From assembly GCA_028826165.1 (NCBI GenBank), contig JAPDFW010000063.1, positions 1,379,719 to 1,443,718 of the forward strand: a stretch of 64,000 nucleotides of DNA, written 5' to 3'. The notes beneath the pieces were generated by a model. It worked only from the letters and a program-made list of their open reading frames with translations, was not told where the DNA came from and made no database searches. A program made the translations under genes and the position numbers. Below are positions 23,560-35,481 of the stretch, one piece after another. Numbering within the stretch: the stretch's first letter is position 1; each line of letters opens with the position of its first letter. Origin of the DNA: Anaeramoeba ignava BMAN (taxonomy: Eukaryota > Protista > Anaeramoebae).

Positions 23560-25420
23560 TTAATTTTTACGAAGAAATCTTTGTAAAGCTGGAAGTGTTT
23601 TTGTTTTTTCAACATCTTGTTCTTGAAATTGTTTTTTTTTTCTTTCTTTTGCTTGAATACTTCTTTTTTCATTTGCAATTCTTCTTTTTTCAATCATTTT
23701 TTGTAATTTAAGAGTTTGTTCATCAATAACATTTTTTTGTTTTCTTTTCAATTTACGTTTTAAACGGGTTGTTTGACTTATAAAAGGACGTTGGTAATTT
23801 TGTGTTGGATTATTTGCTTCGAAATTAATTTTATTTTTTTGAAGAGTAATATCTTCTCGCGAATCAGCAACATTGCCAACAAAATTAGGATCAAGAGTAA
23901 TCATTTCAGAGGGAACTTTTTCGAGCAGATTTTTTACAGTTTGTTCTGCTCTTTCTTTTCGAGTTGCAAATGGATTATTTTCATAAGTATCAATATTGGG
24001 TTCACCAGCACCTGGTATAATAAGGCTTTGGAACCCATTAGATAATCCAACACCAAGAACATCTTCGAAAGGAGAAAACATAAGATTTTCGATGGTATTT
24101 GAGTTAAAGTTGTGGGAAAGATATAAAGGAATTAAACGGAATGTAGAATTTTTTTGGTTTTGATTTTGATTTTGATTTAGATTTAGATTTTAAATTTTGA
24201 TTTTGATTTTGATTTAAATTTTGATTTTGATTTTGATTTAAATTTTGATTTAGATTTTGATTTGTATTTTCATTCAAAATCTCATTCATAATTTCATTTG
24301 AAATTTCATTCGAATTCTCATTCACAATCTCCATCTTCTCTTTTTCTGCTTCATTTATCCAATCTTTCCATATTAAAACTTTATTTGAAAATCCAGCAGC
24401 TAATAAATTAGTCTGACTAATATCCAAAGAAAGTGCTGGAGAATTGATCTTTTTAAAAGAATATAAATAATGGAATTTGCGAAGATCCCAAATTTTAATT
24501 GAATTATCAGTGCCTGAGGTTGCCATATAACGGCCGGTATCATCGATTGCTAAATCCTCGACTCTTCCACGATTAACAAAAATTTTAGCGACAGGTTTAT
24601 GGAGATTAGGGGAGCATAAAGAGACGGTGCCATTTGAATGGCCAAGATGAATAATAGCATTATGTTTATTTTGCTTCATGGCATAACAAGGACCTAATTT
24701 TGTGGGGATCTCAGCAACAACAGTACCAGTGGAAACATCTTGATATTTAAGATATCCAGAGTTGCCGATGGATGTGAGTAGAAAATGGTAGGGTAGATAC
24801 TCGAGTCTGTTTACGTCTTGGTGGTTTCGAAGACAGTGAATTTCGACACCATTCGAGTCGTAAACATAAGTGTATTTTTTTTGTGCAACAGCAAACATTG
24901 CCTCGTTTTGCAGGAACACAACGTCCCGCACTGCCTCTTGCGCTTGCAACTCACATTTCTTTGAGGATCTATACCAATCAAGAAGCGCAACATGTCCAAG
25001 TTTTGAACCCATAAGAAGGTATCGACCTGTTCTGTCGTATTTTATTCTATATGGTCCAAGTTTGGGTAATTCTAACTTGAAATTCTTGTGTCGACTTCCA
25101 ATCTCAATCTGCTCAGCTATTTCCTTTTGTTTTGTTTTGTATGTTTCTTCGTCTTCTTTCTCAGCTTCTATATATCCTGGTGTTTTTTGTACAAAAAGCT
25201 CCATCTTTGCTGAGTTTATTGCTGCTTCGTGAAATAAATCTTCTGAATGCTCAAGTTTTGCTTTCAGTTTTTTGTTTTGAATTCTTTTTGTTTTTGTCGC
25301 TTTTCCTCGTTCATATTTTTTACTTTTTGTTTCTATTTCTTCATCGATTTGGTTTTGTCTTTCTTTAAGTTCTTTAATTTCTTTTTGAAGTTTTTTATTT
25401 TCGAAAACTTTGAAATTCAT
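23560..25420 (-). CDS. WDR46: U3 snoRNP/SSU processome WD40 protein UTP7/WDR46 (homopolymer frameshift near 24170)
   Basis: LGPYRIKYDRTGRYLL, FAVAQKKYTYVYDSNGVEIHCL, LEYLPYHFLL, and BING4CT motif FEDVLGVG...IPGAGEPNIDTYENNPF. Confidence 0.9.
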
Positions 25421-25570
25421 TTTAAAAGAAAGAAAAATGAAAAATGAAAAATGAAAAATGAAAAATTTTTTTTTAATTTTTTCTTTCAATTTCTCTTGTT
25501 TTTTTTTTTCTCATGTTTTCCAAATTTTCTTGTTATTTCTCTTTTCATTTTTCTCTTTTTTTTTTTTAAA

Positions 25571-26044
25571 ATGCTTAATCTTCCAAAAATCTTAAATCAA
25601 GGAATTTATTCTAATCATATTAGATCAAAATCTCAAAATCTCATTTTTGATAAAAAATTTCAAGATAAAATCATTTCTTCTGAATTTATTTCTAGAGATG
25701 CTAAAGCGGATTTTACTTACAATTTATTATTGAAAAAAATGCAAATTGAAAAAAACAAAAAAATTCAAGAGAAAATTCTTCTTAGAATTATTAATTTTAA
25801 AATTAAACAAAAACTTTGTTCTTCTTCTTCTTTACTTTTTCATGATCCTCATCAAGATCAAAAAAGAGAAAAAGAAAGAAAATTAAAAATTCAAAATTTA
25901 AGAAAAGCAGAAAATTTGAAAGAAAGATTAAGATCTCAAAATCAAAATTTAAAAAAAATAAATTTGATCAAAAATAAAATAAATTTGATCAAAAAAAAAT
26001 TAAAAAAAAATAAATTGGACTTTGACTTTGACTTTCACAATTAA
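25571..26044 (+). CDS. Hypothetical basic coiled-coil protein
   Basis: ATG after aaa context, ~157 codons, divergent from UTP7; no recognised domain. Confidence 0.45.
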   Translation: MLNLPKILNQGIYSNHIRSKSQNLIFDKKFQDKIISSEFISRDAKADFTYNLLLKKMQIEKNKKIQEKILLRIINFKIKQKLCSSSSLLFHDPHQDQKREKERKLKIQNLRKAENLKERLRSQNQNLKKINLIKNKINLIKKKLKKNKLDFDFDFHN

Positions 26045-26177
26045 TTGTTTTTTATTGTTCTTTTTTTTTTTTCGTTTTTTGGGTTTTTTGAATTGTTTTT
26101 TCTTTTTCTCGATCAAAAGAAAAAAAAAGAAATGAGAAGAAAAAAATGAAAAGAATTTTTTTAATGAATTTTTTTTT

Positions 26178-27728
26178 TTAAAGAATTCGTGATTTTCTTA
26201 TTGCTCGAAACCAACTTTCTTCTTCTCCAAGAAGATCAAACCATAAATAAAAGACCTCTTTTGTTGTTCTTAATTCCAAACAATTTGGTTTTTTTGTGAC
26301 AGATTTATCCACTCTTGTAATTTTAAGAGTTTTATTAAGTCTCATTTGATAAGCTGGTTCTTCCTATTCAATAGAGAAATGAATATAAATTTAATTTTGT
26401 TTTTGTTTTTGTTTTTGTTTTTGTTTTTGTTTTTGTTTTCTGGCTGATCTCTTTTTCTTTTTTTTTGTTGTTTTTTTTTTTTTTGATCATTTGATTATTT
26501 ACAGTTTTTTGATTGAAAAATACAAGAAGCCCGTTCCATAAGCCAATATCATAAGAAGTCCATTTATTTTTCTTCAACAACACAAGTTGAAGACCTTTTG
26601 CGGGATTTTCTTTGACTTTAACATTGGTTCTAAGAATAACAGGAGTTGCACGAATTGCAGCAAGTTCTTCTTCTGGATCAATAATTTGAGTTTCATCCTC
26701 TAAAGGTTGATCATTGGCTTGTTCTATGGGACTTGGGCTTAAATGAGGAAGTTGACTGCGATTTGTAAAAGAATGTGATCGCACTTCTTTTGTATTTTGA
26801 GTGGAAAATTCTGGCACTTCTTTTATTCTAGAAAAAACATTTGATTGAGCTCCTCTTTTTAAAAGAGGAGAACCTTGCATTTGTTGTTGTTTTAATTCTT
26901 GCTCTTTTTGTTGTTGTTGTTTTAATTCTTGTTCTTGTTGTTGTTGATCATATGAGTTCATATCGAATGTTCCATTTTCGATATCAAGTTTATCTTTTTT
27001 GAGAAGCTCAATTTCGCTCTCAATCTTTTGAATCTCACTGACTAATTGACTCATTTGTTTCTCATGGTCTTTTTGTTCTTGTTGGCTCTCTTGATTGAGT
27101 TCGCGAACTAATTTCTGCATCTCTAAGATTTGCGAAATGGTTGCATCGTTTCTGCTCATTTCAAGTTTTTTTTGTAAATTTGCCAGAGTTTCTTTCAGTT
27201 GTTCATTTTGAACATGCAAATCTTGGTGATTTTCTTTTTGTGCGTCATATTTTTGTTTGAAAATGGTTGATTGGCTTTGTAATTGATGCATTTCTGTTTG
27301 CATTTTGTTTAAGGGCTCTTCAGTTTTTTGGATGAGCTCTGCTAAATCATCTCTTTCTTGCTTTAATTTTTGATAAATTTCTGCAGAATCATCATCTTCT
27401 TTCTCTAAAATTTGCTCTTTTTCTAAATCTGGGGCAACATCAAGCTCTGAATAGTTTTCGTTTATATGAAAAAGAAGCTTTGATTTCTCTTCAGAAATTG
27501 TAGAAAGAAAAGGTGTCAGTCGTTGTAATTCAGAAACAAGTTCTCCAATTACAACATCCTTTTGTTTAATAATCTCTACGAATTGTTCAACAACTTGTAC
27601 TTTTTCTTGAGATAGATTTTCTTCGAATTGCTGTTATGGCAAATGCAAATGATATTTTTAATAAAGTTTTTTTTTTTTAATTTTTTTTTTTATTAATTTT
27701 TCTTTTGGCTTACATCTAAATCAGTCAT
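26178..27728 (-). CDS. Coiled-coil protein with C-terminal PH-like domain (3 exons)
   Basis: MTDLD|gtaagc first exon; long Q/E/K heptads; KKNKWTSYDIGLWNGLLVFF...KKPNCLEL...EEESWFRAIRK* typical of the PH terminal helix. Confidence 0.65.
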
Positions 27729-27969
27729 GAGAATTTAATAATTAAAAAAAAAGAAAAAAGAAAAACAACACACAAATTAAAAAAAAAAAACGGAAAATGA
27801 AGAAAAAAGGGAAGAAATGAGAAATTTAATGAAAATTAAAACAAAAGAAAAGGAAATAAAAATGAAATGAAGGAATCTAGAAAAGAAAAAAGTTTTTTCA
27901 TTTTTTTTTTCATTTTTTTTACTTTTAATTTTACTTTAGATTTTTTTTTTTAAACAGAAAAAATACAAA

Positions 27970-30481
27970 ATGGAAACTTTTAATTACTTTTTATTAATCA
28001 ATTTACTTTTAGTTTTCGTTTTTTCTAAAGACTGTTCAAATTATCTTTCAAAGGATGATTGCATTAGTAATATTTAAAAATTTGAAATTATTTTAAAAAA
28101 GGATACTTAATTTATCAAATTAAATAATATAAATTTAATTAAAATTAGATGGAAATGATCAATGTGATTGTGGATGGTATTCTTGCCTATTTAATGGACA
28201 AATTTACACTGTAATTTTTTTAATAATATTTAATTTCAATTTTTTTAATAACAATTAATTTCAATTTTTAATAATATTTAATTTCAATTTTTTAATAATA
28301 TTTAATTTGAATTTTTTAATAATATTTAATTTCATTTTTTTATAATATTTAATTTCAATTTTTTAATAACATTTAATTTGAATTTTTTAATAATATTTAA
28401 TTTCATTTTTTTATAATATTTAATTTCAATTTTTTAATAACATTTAATTTGAATTTTTTAATAATATTTAATTTCAATTTTTTAATAATATTTAATTTCA
28501 ATTTTTTAATAATAATTAATTTGAATTTTTTAATAATATTTAATTTGAATTTTTTAATAATATTTAATTTCAATTTTTTAATAACATTTAATTTCAATTT
28601 TTTAATAACAATTAATTTCAATTTTTTAATAATATTTAATTTGAATTTTTTAATAATATTTAATTTCAATTTTTAATAATATTTAATTTCAATTTTTTAA
28701 TAATATTTAATTTTAATTTTTTAATAACATTTAATTTCAATTTTTTTAAATTTTAGGGTTATGAGTAAATGGTTCAATATTTAACTTAAAAACTTCCAAC
28801 AATTTTAATTTATTTTTAAAGCAAATATTACAAAATATATTTAATTAAAAAATATATTTAATTATAAAATATATTTAATTACAAAAATAATATTTAATTA
28901 TAAAATATATTTAATTATAAAAATATATTTAAATCTAAAAATAATATTTAATTACAAAATATATTTAAATCTAAAAATAATATTTAAATCTAGAAATATA
29001 TTTAAATCTAAAAATATATTTAATTATAAAAATATATTTAAATCTAAAAATATATTTAATTATAAAAATATATTTAAATATAAAAATATATTTAAATCTA
29101 AAAATATATTTAAATCTAAAAATATATTTAAATCTAAAAATATATTTAATTATAAAAATAATATTTTAAATCTAAAAATATTTAATTACAAAATATATTT
29201 AAATCTAAAAATATATTTAAATATAAAAATAATATTTAAATCTAAAAATATTTAAATATAAAATAATATTTAAATCTAAAAATATATTTAAATCTAAAAA
29301 TAATATTTAAATCTAAAAATATATTTAAATCCAAAAATATATTTAAATCTAAAAATAATATTTAAATCTAAAAATAATATTTAAATCTAAAAATATATTT
29401 AAATATAATAATATATTTAAATCTAATAATATATTTAAATCTAAAAATATATTTAAATACAAAAATATATTTAAATCTAAAACAATATTTAAATCTAAAA
29501 ATATATTTAATTCTAAAAAAATATTTAATTCTAAAAATAATATTTAATTACAAAAATATATTTAATTACAAAAATAATATTTAATTACAAAATATATTTA
29601 AATCTAAAATATATTTAAATCTAAAATATATTTAAATCTAAAAATATATTTAAATCTAAAAATATATTTAATTATAAAAATATATTTAATTACAAAATAT
29701 ATTTAATTACAAAATATATTTAATTACAAAAATATATTTAAATCTAAAAATATATTTAAATCTAAAAATATATTTAATTACAAAATAATATTTAAATCCA
29801 AAAATATATTTAAATATAAAATATATTTAATTATAAAATATATTTAAATCTAAAAAAATATATTTAAATCTAAAAATAATATTTAATTACAAAATATATT
29901 TAATTACAAAAATATATTTAATTATAAAAATATATTTAATTACAAAAATATATTTAATTATAAAAATATATTTAATTATAAAAATATATTTAAATCTAAA
30001 AATATATTTAAATATAAAATATATTTAATTATAAAAATATATTTAAATCTAAAAATATATTTAAATCTAAAAATATATTTAAATCTAAAAATATATTTAA
30101 TTACAAAAATATATTTAATTATAAAAATATATTTAATTACAAAATATATTTAATTATAAAAATATATTTAAATCTAAAAATATATTTAAATCCAAAAATA
30201 TATTTAATATCTTTAAATTAATGTTTAAATTTTAATAAAGATGGTGCTTGAAAGGAAATGAAAATGGAGTTTCTAGTTCAGTTAATCCAGACACTTATTT
30301 ATGCCCGATTAATTCAGATGGATTTAATTATTTTTATAATTGTGATAAAGGAATTTCAAATTTAGGAATAGGAATGATTGTTGTTGGTTGTTTAATTTTT
30401 GTTTTTGTGGTTGTTTTCATAGTTATTTATATTAGAAAAAGAAGAAAAACAAGCAAATATATGGAAATTAAAACAAATTAA
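27970..30481 (+). CDS. Small single-pass membrane protein: signal peptide, Cys-rich PSI-like ectodomain, TM, basic tail (4 exons including an 8-nt microexon)
   Basis: METFNYFLLINLLLVFVFS-KDC..DDCI|NGNDQCDCGWYSC..IYT|GY|EWCLKG..C..C-TM-RKRRK; splice phases consistent. Confidence 0.72.
28211..28756 (+). repeat. Intron filled with ~27-bp minisatellite TTTTTTAATAATATTTAATTTSAA-like
   Basis: GT 28211, AG 28755-28756. Confidence 0.8.
28765..30240 (+). repeat. 1.48-kb intron filled with ~18-20-bp minisatellite AAAAATATATTTAAATCT/ATTAC
   Basis: GT 28765, AG 30239-30240. Confidence 0.8.
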
Positions 30482-30798
30482 AATGAAAATTAATAAACAA
30501 ATTAAAATTAAAATTAAAATTAAAATTAAAATTAAAATTAAAATTAAAATTAAAATTAATTTTATAAAATTTTTTTAAATTGAAAGTTTGTTCCAAAATG
30601 GAAAGAAAATTTACTGAAAAAGTAACCAATCAAAAAAAAAATGAAAGAAAAAAGAAAAAAGAAAAAAGAAAAAAGAAAAAAATCAAATTGAAATTGAAAA
30701 ATCAAATGGAAATTGAAATTGGAAAAAAAAATAAGTGATTTTGAAAAAAAAAAAGAACGAAAATGAGAAAAAAAAAAGATTATAAAAGATTGAATTGA

Positions 30799-32033
30799 TT
30801 ATGAAGAAGATCCACCGAAATTTTTCCAAGCTTTTTTGAGCTAAAAAAAAGAAAAAAAAAAGAAAAAAAGGAGAATAAGAATAAGAATAAGAATAAGAAT
30901 TAGAATTAAAATAATTAAAATTATTAAAATAGATAAATTACTTGTTTGCCAAGACCTTTCTTTTCCTTCTTGTGTTTCTTCTTGTCTTTATGAGATATAT
31001 GAGTTTGGTTTGGCATCATCATAGGTTGGTTTGGCATCATCATTGGTTGTTGAGGCATCATCATTGGTTGTTGACCCATCATCATTGGTTGTTGGCCCAT
31101 CATCATTGGTTGCTGGCCCATCATCATTGGTTGTTGTTGACCCATCATCATTGGTTGTTGGTTCATCATCATTGGTTGTTGTTGGTTCATCATCATTGGT
31201 TGTTGTTGGTTCATCATCATGGGTTGTTGTTGTTGTTGTTGGTTCATCATCATGGGTTGTTGTTGTTGTTGTTGATTCATTACCATTGGTTGTTGTTGAA
31301 CTTGAACTTGTTGAACTACTGGTTTCTTTGTGGATTAAAATTCATTTATAAAATTAAAATTGGCAAATTAAAATTCATTTATAAAATTAAAATTAAAATT
31401 AAAATTAAAATTAAAATTAAAATTAAAATTAAAATTAAAATTAAAATTAAAATTAAAATTAAAATTAAAATTAAAATTAAAATTAAAATTAAAATTAAAA
31501 TTAAAATTAAAATAAAAATTCAAATTCAAATTCAAATTCATTTATAAAATTAATATTAAAATTAAAATTAAATAAAAATACCTTTTTCTTTTGTTCCTGG
31601 TTTTCTTCCTTCACAATCATACCATTTTTCAAGAGGTTCACCACTCAAAAGTGTAGAAACATTAATACGGATAAAACCAAGAAGATCATGAGCACCAATT
31701 CTATCCCAATCACTGATTCCAACAATAATTTTAGCAGAATTGAGTTGGTCATTTTTGCAATTAAGGACATGGGTCTCATTCCAAACTGGATCAAGAGTTC
31801 CTTTGATAGTCTTACTTTTGAAGAAAGGTTTAACACCATTAATTGAAACTGAATAATAAGGATCCGACTTTAAGGAAAAATAAAAATAAATTAAAAATAA
31901 AAATAAAATTAAAATTAAAATAAAAATTAAATTAAAAATAAAATTAAGATTTGTTTTGTTTTACTTTTCCTCCAATATCTGCTGATTTTAGTCCTTTTGC
32001 CTCAATAACTTTAATATGTATTGGTGTAGTCAT
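30799..32033 (-). CDS. C2-domain protein with (PMMM[NGP]QQ)n low-complexity tail and basic C-terminus (4 exons)
   Basis: IKVIEAKGLKSADIGGK|SDPY...SKTIKGTLDPVWNE...DWDRIGAHDLLG = C2 with Ca-binding Asp residues. Confidence 0.82.
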
Positions 32034-32229
32034 TCTCTAAATAAAATAAAAAATAAAATTGAAAAATAAAAAGAAGAAAAAAAATGAAATTAAAAAAAAC
32101 TAAAAAAAGAATAAAAAAAAATTTTTTTTATTTTATTTTTTATTTAATTTATTACGCAGGCAAAAAAACAAAAGGAGAAAAAAAAAAAACAAAAGGAGAA
32201 AATTTATTTATTGTTTTTTTTTCTTAAAT

Positions 32230-35200
32230 TCAATCCTTTTTTAATTCTTCTTGATTAGGTTTTTTAATTCTCCATAAAAAATCTTTTAATTTCCAAACAA
32301 GACTTGAATTTTCATTCAACTGAAAAAAATCAGCAGATTCAATAAGCTCTGAAATAACGTCAAAAGAAGCAACAGGATCAATTTCATCAAGATAGAAAAA
32401 GGAGAACAGAAGTTGCATTGCTTGAAGAGATTTTCCTGAATATTCATGAACTTGATTTGAATCATCTTCGACACAAAGAAACATACTTCGGAAAAGATCA
32501 CTTCGCGCAGCAAGAACAATTTTATGGATTTCAATCGCAGTATCAGCCACAATAACCTTGAAGTCAAAGCTCTTACTGTCTTGTTGCAATGCGCTAAGAT
32601 CTGCTAATAGGCCGCGTCGACCCCTTTTTTTTGGGATCCAAATTTCGGGTAAAATGTGAATTTTTTTTAAAAAGTTCCCAATTTTTTGTTCGAAAAGAGG
32701 ATCCGAAAAATCAAATATTCCACTGTAAACAAATTGTAAAAAACTGGTTATTTCTGCGATTTTGGACTGCGAAAATATTGTAGTGAGTTGGGCAACTTTT
32801 TGTCTTGCATCAACAGAATTGTCGAAAAGTCTCAAAGCCAGAAATTGCGAATGAGCAGGCACAATTCCGTCGATACATTTTATGGAAAGATCCGAAAATT
32901 CCTTGCGGTTGAAGAAGCGCAAGAAGTCCTGATTAACGGAATAAAATGATTTGAAGAGATCCGAAAAATACGATCCCAAAGTTTGCTCGCCAAAACCAGT
33001 TGTGTCTGGATCATACGACAAAAGAAGCTTCACAAGAGAAACGTTTGTGGTTGCCAACACAATGCTTAATGGTGATTGGTCGAATTTATTGCGGATATTT
33101 ATGTCTGCTCCAAAATCAAGAAGAATTTTGACAAATGAGGTTGGAGCGCCGACATCACAAGCAAAAAGCAATGGAGTATTTTTGTAAGAGTCTGCATCAT
33201 TAACATGAGCTCCGTTTTTGAGAAGGGTCTCGAGTATTTGTGGCGAGGAATATAATTTGGCCTGGAAACAGAGATGGATGCAGTTGTAACCTTCCTTGGT
33301 GCGCATATTTGGGTCAGCATCGTTTGCAAGAAGAAGATCAATAACAGCGATATCTGCATCGTGAAACACTGCGTAATGAAGAGGTGTCCATCCTTCTCGG
33401 TTTGCTTTCTTGACATTACTTCCCTTCTTAATCAAGGAATCAATGATCTGAAATTTGTGATTGAATTGGCAAGCTAAATGCAATGCAGTGTTCTCATCAG
33501 TGTCTTCTAAACAGATAGACTTGGGTTCAACCTCTGCAAGATAATCCACCGTTTCCCATCTTGCTCCGTTCATAATCGCAACCATCAACGGGGTTTTCCC
33601 TTGCGAATTTGTCAGGAGAAAGTTTGCTTTATGAGCATCCAAAATGCGCAAAATTTCGAGATCGTTGTTTTTGCGTAAAACTGCAAAATGCGCTGGGCTC
33701 TGCTTGTTGACAACGCATGAATTAACATCAGCCCCGATCGAAATGATGAGTTGAAGAGCATCTATAGGGTTCTCAGAACCGAGCGCATAAACAATTAACG
33801 ATTGACGAAAAGAATCTTCGAGATCCGGATCAATTTTCTTGCTAATCAAGCTTTTCAGAACAGCAATATCCCGTGAAGTGCGAAGCGCAAGATGGAGTGG
33901 ATATTGCTTGAAGTTATTTACTGCGGCCACATCCGCGCCTGATTCCACAAGAGCGCGTATCGTGCTTGAATCCGCAAATGTGTTCGCGCACGCATAATGA
34001 AGTGCAGTTTGATTTTGGTTATTTCTGGCATTAACATCAACCCCAATCCCATCCAACAGCAGAGAAACAAGTTCGGAAGAAGGGATTGCTTGCGAACATA
34101 AAAGATGCAATGGTGTATTTCCGTCCACATCAACTGAATTTATGTTGATCTGATCTGCACTATCTTGATTTTGAATGGAAATTTTCTCAATAATTTTTTT
34201 GAGAATTTTGACAACATTTTCTGGAGATCCAAACAAACAAGCAAAATGAATAACGGATTGATTAAATTTGTTTTTTATCTTCAAGTCAAGATCTGGATGA
34301 TCAATTAACGAAAAAACAACCGCCAAAGGGGATCTCATATCCAAAGCAAACATTAAAGGAGTAAGCCCCTTTTCGCTTTCAATCACGTTGATTTCATTCC
34401 CTTTTTTTGATAGAAAAAACTCTATTGTATCAATTTGATTTTTTTCAATTGCAAAAAACAATGGTGTTTTATTTTTAGGACCAGGTATGTCCAATTTTGC
34501 TCCATTTTCTAGGAGCATTTCAATAATCTCCACAGAGTAACTATTCAAGATCGCATAATGAAGAGCACACATATGCTGCTTGTTAGCCATGTTTATGTGG
34601 CGCTTGGAGATACACGAGAGAATTATTTTTGGATCGCGAATTTTTCCCGATTTCAAAAGAAAAATCAAGCTTGTATTGAACGAACCATCGGTCATGTCGA
34701 TGCGTGCTCCAGATGAAAGAAGAGCCGAGATTGCCTCCATTTGCTCGCTGTTCTCCATTGCGTAATGGAGGGGTGTTCTCAAATGCATATCTTGAGCATT
34801 AATTAAATGTTTTTGCTTTTTGATAATAAATTTGGGAATTTTTGGATCTGCTTGTTTTTTCATCATTACAAGATGAATCAATGCTTGGTTTTCAGTGTTC
34901 AATTTAACTGAATCGAACCACAGCATTTTTATCATTTCTTTTGGATTGTTAGCTGTCAAAAGCGCATAATGAATCGCACTTTGGTTGTCAAAGTCTGCCG
35001 CTTCAATATTTGCTCCTCTGTTGACAAGCTCAGTGATTATCTTACTGTCACTGCCATTCATGCACGCTAAATGTAACGGTGTTCTTTTCTTCCATTTCTC
35101 TGTGGCATTGACATCCGCCTTGTTGTCAAGAAGAATTGTTATGATCTCAATGCCACAATTTTCTTGACAGGCAACATGTAATGGCGTTAATTGAGCCACA

Positions 35201-35388
35201 TCTTTACTATTGACATTGATTCCTTTTTCAAGAAGAAATTGAATGGTTTCTTTTTGGCTTTTAAAGATTAAGGCTTGGTGAAGAAAAGTTTGTTTATTTT
35301 TATTTGTTTTAAGGAAGAAGTTTTTATTTGTAATTTTGCGTAAATTTGCAAGATCATTTAATTTTATTAAATCTACAATTTGGTTCAT
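32230..35388 (-). CDS. Ankyrin-repeat + tandem BTB protein (1052 aa, intronless)
   Basis: Many TPLHxA/TALHxA ankyrin repeats; C-terminal FSDLSI..VPAHSQFL and FDFKVIV..IHKIVLAARSDLFRSMF BTB domains. Confidence 0.9.
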   Translation of the reverse strand: MNQIVDLIKLNDLANLRKITNKNFFLKTNKNKQTFLHQALIFKSQKETIQFLLEKGINVNSKDVAQLTPLHVACQENCGIEIITILLDNKADVNATEKWKKRTPLHLACMNGSDSKIITELVNRGANIEAADFDNQSAIHYALLTANNPKEMIKMLWFDSVKLNTENQALIHLVMMKKQADPKIPKFIIKKQKHLINAQDMHLRTPLHYAMENSEQMEAISALLSSGARIDMTDGSFNTSLIFLLKSGKIRDPKIILSCISKRHINMANKQHMCALHYAILNSYSVEIIEMLLENGAKLDIPGPKNKTPLFFAIEKNQIDTIEFFLSKKGNEINVIESEKGLTPLMFALDMRSPLAVVFSLIDHPDLDLKIKNKFNQSVIHFACLFGSPENVVKILKKIIEKISIQNQDSADQININSVDVDGNTPLHLLCSQAIPSSELVSLLLDGIGVDVNARNNQNQTALHYACANTFADSSTIRALVESGADVAAVNNFKQYPLHLALRTSRDIAVLKSLISKKIDPDLEDSFRQSLIVYALGSENPIDALQLIISIGADVNSCVVNKQSPAHFAVLRKNNDLEILRILDAHKANFLLTNSQGKTPLMVAIMNGARWETVDYLAEVEPKSICLEDTDENTALHLACQFNHKFQIIDSLIKKGSNVKKANREGWTPLHYAVFHDADIAVIDLLLANDADPNMRTKEGYNCIHLCFQAKLYSSPQILETLLKNGAHVNDADSYKNTPLLFACDVGAPTSFVKILLDFGADINIRNKFDQSPLSIVLATTNVSLVKLLLSYDPDTTGFGEQTLGSYFSDLFKSFYSVNQDFLRFFNRKEFSDLSIKCIDGIVPAHSQFLALRLFDNSVDARQKVAQLTTIFSQSKIAEITSFLQFVYSGIFDFSDPLFEQKIGNFLKKIHILPEIWIPKKRGRRGLLADLSALQQDSKSFDFKVIVADTAIEIHKIVLAARSDLFRSMFLCVEDDSNQVHEYSGKSLQAMQLLFSFFYLDEIDPVASFDVISELIESADFFQLNENSSLVWKLKDFLWRIKKPNQEELKKD

Positions 35389-35481
35389 TAAATATTTTTG
35401 TTAACAGAAAAAAAAAATGAAAAAAAAAATAATTTTGATTTATTTTTTCATTTTTTTCTTCTTTCATTTATTCTTTTAAAA

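Noticed and set aside
28753-28761. Telomeric TTAGGGTTA seed
   Set aside because: Single occurrence explained by the splice acceptor plus the microexon
30942-31547. His/Trp-rich (HHHWLL)n ORF on the + strand
   Set aside because: Antisense shadow of the PMMM/Q repeat of the C2 gene
32316-35167. Short alternative-frame and antisense ORFs inside the ankyrin-BTB gene, and similar ones within UTP7, RhoGEF and array genes
   Set aside because: They overlap well-supported genes and show no independent motifs
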